From the NCBI GenBank assembly GCA_934446485.1, contig CAKSEM010000001.1, positions 12,594 to 76,593 of the forward strand: a stretch of DNA of 64,000 bases, read 5' to 3'. The position numbers were made by a program, and so were the translations under genes. Positions 48,262-56,213 of the stretch are shown here, piece after piece. The number at the start of each line of letters is the position of its first letter. Position 1 is the first letter of the stretch. The notes under the pieces were generated by a model. The model ran no database searches. It saw nothing but the letters and a program-made list of their open reading frames with translations, and had not been told where the DNA came from. This DNA is from an uncultured Eubacteriales bacterium (GTDB lineage Bacteria; Bacillota; Clostridia; Oscillospirales; CAG-272).

Positions 48262-48546
48262 ATGAATTGGTTTGATAAGATTGTAACAAAAATTGGGCTT
48301 GATAAAATCGCCCACATGTTTGTCATTGCTTTCGTAACAGTCATTCTTGCAATGATTTTTTACAAGACCACTCCAGGTTATAGTTCATGGGCATATTCTG
48401 CTTCAGGTCTTTTTGGTGGTATTGTAGTTGCGATTCTAAAAGAAGTGTGTGACTTTTTCTATGGGAAATGGTTTGATCTAAAGGATATTCTTTGGGGAGC
48501 AATAGGCGGTATTATTGCTTTCTTGTCAATCGGCATTTTCATGTAG
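48262..48546 (+). CDS. Small multi-TM protein (holin-like candidate)
   Basis: 94 aa with about 3 hydrophobic segments. Followed by terminator 48555-48597. Confidence 0.4.
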   Translation: MNWFDKIVTKIGLDKIAHMFVIAFVTVILAMIFYKTTPGYSSWAYSASGLFGGIVVAILKEVCDFFYGKWFDLKDILWGAIGGIIAFLSIGIFM

Positions 48547-48554
48547 TTATATAA

Positions 48555-48597
48555 AATGAGCGTAATAACGTCTCTTGATGTAGTTACGCTCATTTTT
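48555..48597 (+). terminator. Rho-independent terminator
   Basis: aatgagcgtaa (48555-48565) pairs with ttacgctcatt (48584-48594), followed by a T run. Confidence 0.65.
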
Positions 48598-48666
48598 CTG
48601 CCAATTTCTCAAACTATAAAGAAATGGCATTGCTATTCTTAGACAAATAACAAAATCAAAAGCAAT

Positions 48667-49002
48667 ATGGAACTTCATATTAAAGAACGAATTTACATTC
48701 CGCAGCTGCTTCCACAGCAGACTGCTTCTTTTATCGACTTCAACACAAAGCGTGAAATCCTTAAAAAGGTGGCAATCACAGAAGCCGATAAGGATAAGTA
48801 CGAAATCGTAGAGGATGCCAATGAGCATAAGATTACCTGGAACGCCCAGAAGGACGTTGACGAGCCGCTGGTAGTGCAGTTTACAAACAGTGAGGTTGCA
48901 CTTATGAAGAAGGCTTGCGAGTCACTTTCTCAGACAGCTTATCCAGATGACTTCTGGCTTGTAGTAGAGAAAATCTACGATGCAGCTGCTTCAAATAATT
49001 AG
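48667..49002 (+). CDS. Hypothetical protein
   Basis: 111-aa ORF bracketed by terminators. Preferred over antisense ORF 48547-48828, which would run through terminator 48555-48597. Confidence 0.5.
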   Translation: MELHIKERIYIPQLLPQQTASFIDFNTKREILKKVAITEADKDKYEIVEDANEHKITWNAQKDVDEPLVVQFTNSEVALMKKACESLSQTAYPDDFWLVVEKIYDAAASNN

Positions 49003-49032
49003 GCACTTGCTTTCATAAATAAAAATCGTTTC

Positions 49033-49069
49033 GCCCAGCTCTTTCTTTCGTGAAGGGCTGGGCTTTTTA
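49033..49069 (+). terminator. Rho-independent terminator
   Basis: gcccagc (49033-49039) pairs with gctgggc (49057-49063), followed by ttttt. Confidence 0.55.
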
Positions 49070-49133
49070 ATTGTTGAGTTATGTAATATAAACTTTACCA
49101 CCACAATATAAACTATTCATAAATAAAAAAACT

Positions 49134-49919
49134 ATGGTGGTATATTCTTTATTAGACCCTAATGATGGTGTTGTTCGCTATATCGGCATCACAACATTAA
49201 CTGCTAAAAAACGATTTGCAATTCATTTGAAGGATGCGAAGACTAAACGTAGAAAGGGATTGTATATGAGCAAAAAGGAAAAGTGGCTGTTGGAGTTGTT
49301 TGAAAATAACCAACGCCCGATTATTTCCACTTTGTTTACAGATTTGGCTAAAAGCGATGCGGAAGAAAAAGAAAAGCAGCTAATCGCTTTATATAAACGC
49401 ACATCGGAAGGGGGTATTCTTTATAATGTGCAAGAAGGTGGGGAATTTCATTCTGATATGATGACACCTTGGAATAAAGATAAACATAACTGCTATAGTG
49501 AGGATTTCTTGTTGAATAATAAGTTGAATCAACCTAATAGTAAGAAAGTTTATCGCTTCACTAAAGATGGAGAATTAATAGATGTATGGAATAGCACAAG
49601 AGATATGTGCGCAACTTTGAATTTTGATAGAAGAACTGTTATGCGATGCTTGCATAAAGAGGAGAATTTTATATCACATAAGGGATATATGTTTAGCTAT
49701 GAAAAAATATCACCACAGTATGTGAATAAATCAACTTTAGCAACATACCATAATAGCCCACATGCAAAATCAATTCTTGTAACTTTCAAAGATGGGCAGC
49801 AAATAAAATTTAATAGCATTAAAGAAGCTGCTGAAAAACTTGAAATACACGCATCGTGTATTAGTAGTGTGATGAAGACCACACAATCTTATAAACAATA
49901 TAAATTCAAATTCTTATAA
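49134..49919 (+). CDS. Free-standing GIY-YIG homing endonuclease
   Basis: 261 aa. N-terminus 'VVYSLLDPNDGVVRYIGIT...RFAIH' is the GIY...YIG motif. Basic C-terminal DNA-binding-like half. Its stop overlaps the terL ATG (TAATG). Confidence 0.8.
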   Translation: MVVYSLLDPNDGVVRYIGITTLTAKKRFAIHLKDAKTKRRKGLYMSKKEKWLLELFENNQRPIISTLFTDLAKSDAEEKEKQLIALYKRTSEGGILYNVQEGGEFHSDMMTPWNKDKHNCYSEDFLLNNKLNQPNSKKVYRFTKDGELIDVWNSTRDMCATLNFDRRTVMRCLHKEENFISHKGYMFSYEKISPQYVNKSTLATYHNSPHAKSILVTFKDGQQIKFNSIKEAAEKLEIHASCISSVMKTTQSYKQYKFKFL

Positions 49920-50155
49920 TGGCATACGGACAATTAAAAGCACCGACCAACATTAGAATTGATTTTAAGCCATCACCAAGACAGTATGAGCTTTGGAAAT
50001 TATTACAACCAGATTATTGTCCTCATTGTGGTGGTCATATTATACAAGTTCAATCTGGATATGATCAGCAAGGTAATCCAAAATATGTTCCACAATGCGA
50101 TGCTTGCGGAACGCAAGATCTCCCTCAATTGATTTTGGGTGGAGGTGCTGCTGGT
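49919..50155 (+). CDS. terL: Terminase large subunit, exon 1
   Basis: 79 codons ending '...LILGGGAAG', the first half of the Walker A box. Past 50155 the ORF runs into intron sequence and stops at 50209. Confidence 0.75.
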
Positions 50156-50423
50156 AAACAATGCCCACTGCCAGCCTTCACGGTAACGTGTCGAAAAATA
50201 GCTCTTTAATTGCTGGGAAACCCTAACTACGAATTAGAAGGGCAATCAGCAGCCAAGCCTTATTGTAAGGAAGGTTCAACGACTATTCCGCAAGGAAGTA
50301 CAGCCAAGCGGCTGGAAATGGGAGCCTCCAGTTTTCTCTGGATGAAGATATAGTCTAATCTGCATAGAAGATATGCAGCCGTAACAGGGTTAAGAAGTAG
50401 CGTCTCTTAATAAATACAAATTG
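50156..50423 (+). mobile_element. Group I (IA-like) self-splicing intron, ORF-less
   Basis: P1: exon GCUGGU (50150-50155) pairs with IGS GCCAGC (50170-50175), giving U-G at the splice site. P10: exon-2 GGUGG pairs with CCACU (50165-50169). Terminal G at 50423. 'GAAGAUAUAGUC' J8/7-P7 motif at 50344-50355, with the GACUA partner at 50281-50285. GNRA-capped hairpins include cacg-GUAA-cgtg and a P7.1-like ttcc-GCAA-ggaa, followed by a P7.2-like hairpin. Confidence 0.8.
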
Positions 50424-51776
50424 GGTGGAAAGAGTTATCTGGGTAGTTGCTGGCTTGTGTCAAGCTGCATACGGTTTCCAGATATTCGAGCTGTCGTAGC
50501 TCGCAAAACATTGAAATCTTTGAAAGAGTCAACATTTAACACCATCAAAAAGGTGTGTAAAGAATGGGGGCTTGTTGAAGGTGAACACTATAAAATCAAC
50601 AACCTGGAGGGTACGCTTACATTCTGGAATGGCTCTGTCATTATTATGAAAGAAATGGCAGACAATCCATCCGATCCACAGTTTGAACGTTTTGGTTCTT
50701 CAGAGTATACCATAGCTTTTGTAGATGAGGTTTCGGAGATTTCAGAAAAGGCTATAGAAGTATTGTTTTCTCGTTTACGTTGGAGAACCGCAGAAACCTT
50801 CAAAACTGCCAGAATGTTGATGACAACAAACCCATGTATCAATTGGGTTCGCTCTCGCTTCGTCCAGGATGATGATGGTAATCCAGTAAAATGTAGAATC
50901 GGAGAAGCGTATTTGCCATTCTCAGTTTGGGATAACCCAGATAGGCAATTTGTACAAAGTTATGTGGCTGCTCTCAACAAGATTAGTGACCCGATAACAA
51001 AATCACGACTTTTGTATGGCAACTGGGATTTTGTTGATACAAATGAAGCTGCTGCATATTGGAACTTTGATGGAGCCAAGCATCTTGTCACTAATTTGCG
51101 TGAAAAGGTATATAATCCATTGAAGCCAATCATTTCATCATGGGACTTCAACGTACAGCCATACATGTCCACATTGTCCATCCAGATTGATTATGAACAT
51201 AAGAAAGTATATGTGCTTGAAGAAGTGCTTGGAAAGCCAGAGGAAAAAGAAAATAACACCCCAAAGCTTTCCAAAAAGATAGCCAACAAGTATTTAACCG
51301 AAAAGCACCTTGGTGGTCTATTCATTACTGGAGACCCAGCAGGATTGTCACGCTCTACACAAACAGAAGAGGGTGTAAATAATTACACTATCATTATGAG
51401 CAATATGGATAATCCAATATTACGAGTGCAAAAGAAATTGCTTACAAAACAGCCAGCACAGGTGACTCGTCTGGAATATGTAAACAGTCTTTTGAATGGG
51501 TATGATGGCTGGGAATTGCAAATTGATATGCGTTGCCGTAGACTTACTGAAGACTTAGTTTATCAGAAAAAAAATGCTGATGGAACAAAGTCTAAAGCCA
51601 AAGTAACGGATCCGAAGAGTGGCGTAAAGTATGAAAAATACGGACACCTTTCAGATTGTTTGGATTATGTCCTTTGCTTGTTCTTAAATAACACATGGGC
51701 TAAATTCCAAAAGAAAGGTGACGCTTCAGTTATAGAAACTACAACTACGCCTATATATGGCGGTTTTTCTTTTTAG
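50424..51776 (+). CDS. terL: Terminase large subunit, exon 2
   Basis: Begins 'GGKSYLGSCW...'. The spliced product reads GGGAAGGGKS (GxxxxGKS). Walker B 'IAFVDEVSE'. RNaseH-like nuclease half 'SSWDFN', 'GDPAG', 'HLSDCLDY'. Confidence 0.85.
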   Translation, partial: GGKSYLGSCWLVSSCIRFPDIRAVVARKTLKSLKESTFNTIKKVCKEWGLVEGEHYKINNLEGTLTFWNGSVIIMKEMADNPSDPQFERFGSSEYTIAFVDEVSEISEKAIEVLFSRLRWRTAETFKTARMLMTTNPCINWVRSRFVQDDDGNPVKCRIGEAYLPFSVWDNPDRQFVQSYVAALNKISDPITKSRLLYGNWDFVDTNEAAAYWNFDGAKHLVTNLREKVYNPLKPIISSWDFNVQPYMSTLSIQIDYEHKKVYVLEEVLGKPEEKENNTPKLSKKIANKYLTEKHLGGLFITGDPAGLSRSTQTEEGVNNYTIIMSNMDNPILRVQKKLLTKQPAQVTRLEYVNSLLNGYDGWELQIDMRCRRLTEDLVYQKKNADGTKSKAKVTDPKSGVKYEKYGHLSDCLDYVLCLFLNNTWAKFQKKGDASVIETTTTPIYGGFSF

Positions 51777-51779
51777 AGA

Positions 51780-52805
51780 ATGTACAGGAGATTTTTGAAT
51801 AATGAGGACTATCTTAGCATAGTTACAGAAGAAGCTCTTAGCCAACTTATACGAGGCAGAGAAGACCGTCTCGCACAGGCTGAAGAGGCAGCAGAACAAT
51901 CTATCGTAGAATATCTGACTGACAACTACGAGATTGAGAACGTATTGGAGGAAGGGAAGAATATTTTGGAATACGATGACCAAATCACCTATCCAGTTGG
52001 CGCACATTTCTACCATGATAAGAAGCTTGTAAAGGCAATGCGTACTATTAATGGTAGAAAGGCTCCTACAGATACAATGTATTGGGAAATGTATGATGAA
52101 CCAATTGATAATCCTAATATAGTAAGCGAATACTGGCAGACAAAAGATTATATCCCAGGTGATATTGTATATTTTGCCAACGCTTATTATATCTGTAAGG
52201 AGTATAACGGCTTATCATACGGAGACATTAGGGTTCCTGGTGTTGATGCCTGGAAGAGTGTGGACATTCAAAATTGGGAGGCTAATGTGCCTTACGAGAT
52301 TTGGAATGTTGTAGAATATGATGGAATTTTCTATGCACTGGTCAAGAACGATGAAGACATAGACTTGACTGTCAATCCTTATGATTCGGAATATTGGGGC
52401 ATGATAGGGGATTATGATGCAGCATATCAATACGAATTTTCCGACCATGAATATGTCGTATATAATAATAAGGTATATGCACCATCAATGTCTGTAAATG
52501 CAGATGTACTTAAAGAAGGTTACAATATACAAGAAAGTGACCCTCGTAATGCCAATGTAAAGAAGCACATGCTACGTTTGGCAGTATACGAGCTACATAA
52601 GCTCATATCGCCAAACAATGTAAGCTCTGCTCGCATTACAGACTATGAGACATCAATTACTTGGTTGCGTGACGCTTCCAGACTTAAAATAAATCCTCAC
52701 ATACCTCGTAAGCTGGATGAGGATGATAATAAGCCTGTCACTGAGTATGCGATAGCAACATTTGCTCGTGATTACGACCCCAACAAGAATCCTTGGCAGA
52801 TTTAA
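51780..52805 (+). CDS. Hypothetical protein with three aromatic-rich CBM5/12-like repeats
   Basis: 341 aa. Repeats are 'YIPGDIVYFANAYYICKEYN', 'YEIWNVVEYDGIFYALVKND' and 'HEYVVYNNKVYAPSMS'. Confidence 0.45.
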   Translation: MYRRFLNNEDYLSIVTEEALSQLIRGREDRLAQAEEAAEQSIVEYLTDNYEIENVLEEGKNILEYDDQITYPVGAHFYHDKKLVKAMRTINGRKAPTDTMYWEMYDEPIDNPNIVSEYWQTKDYIPGDIVYFANAYYICKEYNGLSYGDIRVPGVDAWKSVDIQNWEANVPYEIWNVVEYDGIFYALVKNDEDIDLTVNPYDSEYWGMIGDYDAAYQYEFSDHEYVVYNNKVYAPSMSVNADVLKEGYNIQESDPRNANVKKHMLRLAVYELHKLISPNNVSSARITDYETSITWLRDASRLKINPHIPRKLDEDDNKPVTEYAIATFARDYDPNKNPWQI

Positions 52806-52835
52806 TTATTGCAATATAGCTTTTGTTTTGTTTTT

Positions 52836-52877
52836 ATGACTGGAGTGGCTGTGAAGTCGTGTCTCCAGTCATTTTTG
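52836..52877 (+). terminator. Rho-independent terminator ending the plus-strand gene block
   Basis: atgactggag (52836-52845) pairs with ctccagtcat (52863-52872), followed by tttt. Confidence 0.7.
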
Positions 52878-53040
52878 TATGTACACTACTATGTACACCA
52901 AGCCTAATCGACTTATTTACAGCGTTCTCAACATCATGTACACTCTCAGCACACCGCCAGTGTACCATGCTTTTTCCGTTAAAGTGAAATCTTTATGAAT
53001 GTTAAATATAAACCATTGTGTGAAAATACTTTGAGGATTA

Positions 53041-53072
53041 TTTGGCAGTTTAGGTTTTCTATTATACCTTTG
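53041..53072 (+). promoter_or_regulatory. Bacteroidota-type promoter in the non-coding region upstream of int
   Basis: TTTG at 53041-53044, a 20-nt spacer, then TACCTTTG at 53065-53072. Confidence 0.45.
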
Positions 53073-53077
53073 CACCC

Positions 53078-53239
53078 AGATAACTGAGAGATAGTCATCG
53101 TCAAAATGTGCAGATAATGTACAGAGAATGATTTTCAGAAAATCCAAATGGCTCTAAGCCAGATAGTTATAAGCGGTAATAGTACGTTCCCCGTACGCAC
53201 CGCTATAAAACGAGGAGCCTTAAAAAGTTCCTCGTTTTT
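53078..53239 (+). ncRNA. Candidate ~160-nt promoter-to-terminator transcript (sRNA or leader); contains only a 39-codon ORF
   Basis: Bounded by promoter 53041-53072 and terminator hairpin aaacgagga (53208-53216) / tcctcgttt (53229-53237) plus a T run. An internal nested hairpin lies at 53173-53203. Confidence 0.3.
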
Positions 53240-53466
53240 CGTTAAAGTGAATTTGTGTCCAAAGTGACATGAAAACACTCATTGCGAGCTATTTAGTTGA
53301 GCTACGAAAGTAGCATGGAGCCATTAAACTGAATATTCCGAAAGGTTCACAAGTAAAGGCACGAACTTTATACAGTGTGCTGACTTATGTGCGGAACATT
53401 CTCCAGATAGATTTCTATCCATTGGTTCATCATCTTCTTTAACATTTTTAACTAAATGGCAAAATC

Positions 53467-54732
53467 ATGGTGAAGCTAAAATTCATTGTACGAGACGGCT
53501 TTCTTGTTCTGCGAATAAGCGAAGGCAAGGAAAGGTACTACAAATCCGTCAAAAGTATTCTTGTTGGCAATCCTAATATTCTCAAACACTGGAAAGCCGA
53601 CAAAGAACGTTTTTCCACTTACGCTACTTCTTATCAGGAGAACAACAAGGCATTGGATGATTTTAAGCAAGTGTACCGTAAACTATGCTTAGAACATCCA
53701 GAATATAATGCCCGACAGGTTGCGTCTTATTATTCCCATTCAAAAATTCTGAATAAGACAAACGGCATTGAGACAGAAGCCGCTGGTTCTGCCATGTTTT
53801 TGGAACAGTTCATGGAAGTAGTTATTGAACGTGAAAAGCAAAAGCAGGGCTGTAACTTTGAGTGTTATGAGAAGCTGCTTACCAAATGTCGTAAAATCAT
53901 TCCAGACTTCAATCTCATCAAATTCTCAGACATTAACTATGATTTCTGTTCTAAGATAGCTGGAATATTTGCAAAGTACAATGGCTTCAAAGGCACGGCA
54001 AAAACATTTAGAGCCATTCTTGGGCGAGCCTCAAAAGACCGTGAAGTAGATTTTTCTCTCGTGCGCATAGGTGATTTCAACTTCAATGACTATAACCCAG
54101 CAAAATATGAAGATGATATGAAGCACCCAGATGTGCTTACAAAAGACCAAATTAAGGACTTCATGCACGTTGACCTTTTCAATCTTACACCAGAGTGGGC
54201 AAATAGAGAAAAGGTGGAACTGTACTATGATTTCTGCGTGTTTATGCTACAGTCGTTTTTTGCTCCCTGTGACGTTATAAAGCTGAAGGTGGAGCATATT
54301 ACCAGAAATCATACAATCCTCGCCAGACGCAAGAAAACGCACAAAATGGTGGAAATTCCAATAACCCCTAAGATGGAGGAAGTTATCAATAAGTATGCTG
54401 GACAATCAAAGGATGGTTATGTGTTTCCAATCATGGATGACGAAGAAGAGAAGAAACACGTTACGAAGGATTACATCTTTAAGAAGTTTCGACAAAAACT
54501 AAATATATGGCTTAAAGATGTGGGTGATGAATTACAATGTGATTTTGATTTGTATGCTTATGTGTTTCGGCATACTGCTATTACGGTTGCGCTCGATCAT
54601 GGTTTGCCTATAGCTTACATTGCTTCTGTTGCTGGAACGAGCGTAGATGTCATTCAGAAACATTATTACAATGGCAATAGTGTAGATAACCAACTAAAAC
54701 TTCAACAGGCATTTATGCAAGCCTGTATATAA
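53467..54732 (+). CDS. int: Tyrosine recombinase / phage integrase
   Basis: 421 aa. C-terminal catalytic pattern 'LARRKKTHK', 'YVFRHTAITVAL', 'VIQKHYY'. The N-terminus resembles a Bacteroidota-style arm-binding domain. Confidence 0.85.
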   Translation: MVKLKFIVRDGFLVLRISEGKERYYKSVKSILVGNPNILKHWKADKERFSTYATSYQENNKALDDFKQVYRKLCLEHPEYNARQVASYYSHSKILNKTNGIETEAAGSAMFLEQFMEVVIEREKQKQGCNFECYEKLLTKCRKIIPDFNLIKFSDINYDFCSKIAGIFAKYNGFKGTAKTFRAILGRASKDREVDFSLVRIGDFNFNDYNPAKYEDDMKHPDVLTKDQIKDFMHVDLFNLTPEWANREKVELYYDFCVFMLQSFFAPCDVIKLKVEHITRNHTILARRKKTHKMVEIPITPKMEEVINKYAGQSKDGYVFPIMDDEEEKKHVTKDYIFKKFRQKLNIWLKDVGDELQCDFDLYAYVFRHTAITVALDHGLPIAYIASVAGTSVDVIQKHYYNGNSVDNQLKLQQAFMQACI

Positions 54733-54737
54733 AAATG

Positions 54738-54770
54738 ACCGCCACCTACTCATCACGAGCAAGTGGCGGT
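54738..54770. terminator. Hairpin between convergent genes (bidirectional terminator candidate)
   Basis: accgccac (54738-54745) pairs with gtggcggt (54763-54770). Confidence 0.5.
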
Positions 54771-54803
54771 TCCGCAACTGATATTTATGTGGTTAAATAA
54801 TCT

Positions 54804-55523
54804 CTACTGTGTTACAAGCTCCCAATCCTCTGCGAACACATCGCTCGAAGACGGAACCCATGAGTCTGCACGTCCATCTGGGTTGATAATCAGCATCTGA
54901 TTGGTATAGTCTATATGAGCATCGTTGCGAGCCATCAGAATGTCCTTTGCAATCTTAGGAAGTGACTGCATGTTAGGAATGACATCCGCTTTGATTTTAG
55001 CTGGAACTTGCTTGATAACAAACATTCCTTTGCCGTTCCATCCAGCTCTACGGATAGCACCTCCTGCTTTAAGGAACTTAATGGCTGTACCAAAGTCATA
55101 ATTGGTCGGTAATACCTGTTTATTTGACATCTGAGCCATTCTATCCGCTAATAGGTAGCAATACTCACGTTGAGACTCATTCTGCGCTGAGAGAAGGGTT
55201 TTTGCCAAGTAATTCAGCTTGTCAAAATTCATACTGTTTACGAACTTCTTTCCTTTCTCATAACGTTCCGATTCCTCTTTGTATTCGATATTCATACGGT
55301 CAAGAGGAGTTTCCGCTACTTGGTATGCTTTCTCGAACACATCTTTTGGAGACCAGCTGTCACATACGCTACCGCCTTGATTTGTATACTGGACGTGGTA
55401 GCCTTGACGTGGAGCTTTACTGTAACCGCTTACGGAATAGCTACGAACATAACCTTTTTCATAAGCCTCCAGTTCATCCATAGGCTCTGCCGATACTGTA
55501 TTGGTATTGAAATATTTCTGCAT
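54804..55523 (-). CDS. DUF2829-domain protein (the family containing Thoeris anti-defence Tad2)
   Basis: 239 aa. The C-terminal half, 'FGTAIKFLKAGGAIRRAGWNGKGMFV...INPDGRADSWVPSSSDVFAEDWELV', matches the DUF2829 pattern as I remember it. Confidence 0.6.
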   Translation of the reverse strand: MQKYFNTNTVSAEPMDELEAYEKGYVRSYSVSGYSKAPRQGYHVQYTNQGGSVCDSWSPKDVFEKAYQVAETPLDRMNIEYKEESERYEKGKKFVNSMNFDKLNYLAKTLLSAQNESQREYCYLLADRMAQMSNKQVLPTNYDFGTAIKFLKAGGAIRRAGWNGKGMFVIKQVPAKIKADVIPNMQSLPKIAKDILMARNDAHIDYTNQMLIINPDGRADSWVPSSSDVFAEDWELVTQ

Positions 55524-55534
55524 GGCGGTTTGGG

Positions 55535-55729
55535 TTATAGGTTAATGTATGTCTCCTTCTCGTTGCACCAATAATAGATGCGACCGATAAACGCAAGTGC
55601 AAAGATGCAACCAACTACGCCCCAAACCCACCCAGGAGCATTAAAGTGTTCAAGTGCCAAATACGCTGTAAGAGCTTTCCAACCCCAATGAGGTTGTGTT
55701 GGAAGTTGTTTTCTACTAATTACTTTCAT
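55535..55729 (-). CDS. Small membrane protein
   Basis: 64-aa ORF with a hydrophobic core 'GWVWGVVGCIFALAFIGRIYYW'. Confidence 0.45.
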   Translation of the reverse strand: MKVISRKQLPTQPHWGWKALTAYLALEHFNAPGWVWGVVGCIFALAFIGRIYYWCNEKETYINL

Positions 55730-55871
55730 ATCTTGTCTGTTAAGTTATATATTCATCGTTATATCAGTCAACTATTGTAAGTAAAAAGAGGCAAATTGGT
55801 AAAACAATGAAAAACCAATTTGCCTCGCAATCCTACTAAACAACCTAATTAACCTCAAAACTAAACCTTTG

Positions 55872-55945
55872 AACCGCTGGATGGATTCGCACCACCTAAT
55901 ACACAAGGTATCACGTTGCATATCTTCCTAACTGAATACAGCGGT
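55872..55945 (-). other. tRNA-like element (good acceptor and T arms, non-canonical anticodon arm)
   Basis: 74 nt. Acceptor ACCGCTG pairs with CAGCGGT. T arm is GGTGG-TGCGAAT-CCATC. The central region forms only a mismatched stem with an 8-nt loop (GCAACGTG) lacking U33. Confidence 0.35.
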
Positions 55946-55966
55946 ATTCCAATGACAAATCGCTTG

Positions 55967-56040
55967 TGGAGAAGGTGAGACTCGAACTCACGACCCTATG
56001 CTTGCAAAGCATACGCTCTTGCCATCTGAGCTACAACCCC
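55967..56040 (-). tRNA. tRNA-Ala (anticodon UGC)
   Basis: Hand-folded cloverleaf. G3-U70 Ala identity pair. Anticodon loop TTTGCAA. T loop TTCGAGT. Tandem U-U mismatches at 5:68 and 6:67. Confidence 0.75.
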
Positions 56041-56046
56041 AAATTG

Positions 56047-56120
56047 CGGAACTGGGAGGACTTGAACCTCCGACCCTTGCATTAACAGTGCAACGCTCTG
56101 ACCAACTGAGCTACAGAACC
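56047..56120 (-). tRNA. tRNA-Asn (anticodon GUU)
   Basis: Hand-folded cloverleaf. Anticodon loop CTGTTAA. Discriminator G. Tandem U-U mismatches at 3:70 and 4:69. Confidence 0.75.
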
Positions 56121-56128
56121 TTTTGTAG

Positions 56129-56200
56129 AGGGCAATGCTGGAATCGAACCAGCGTAAAACTGTTTTGCAGACAGCCGCCTAACCACTCGACTAATTGCCC
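56129..56200 (-). tRNA. tRNA-Cys (anticodon GCA)
   Basis: Perfect acceptor stem GGGCAAT/ATTGCCC. Discriminator U73. Anticodon loop CTGCAAA. T arm GCTGG-TTCGATT-CCAGC. Confidence 0.85.
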
Positions 56201-56213
56201 CATGAAAAATATG

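Noticed and set aside
48547-48828. Minus-strand 93-aa ORF overlapping plus-strand ORF 48667-49002.
   Set aside because: It would read through terminator hairpin 48555-48597 and has an implausible Cys/Phe/Leu-rich sequence. The plus-strand ORF is bracketed by terminators and looks protein-like.
50136-50429. A 9-nt direct repeat TTGGGTGGA at 50136-50144 and 50421-50429 brackets the terL interruption. This could be a target-site duplication of a transposon or a deletion scar, with terL a pseudogene.
   Set aside because: Excision at the repeat would destroy the Walker A spacing (LILGGKS). The intervening RNA has P1, P10, P3, P7, J8/7 and terminal-G features of a group I intron, and splicing at 50155/50424 gives an ideal GxxxxGKS.
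52917-53147. Minus-strand 76-aa ORF in the non-coding region upstream of int.
   Set aside because: It overlaps the plus-strand promoter and the repeat cluster, has no start context, and its composition is poor. I treat the region as regulatory or attP instead.
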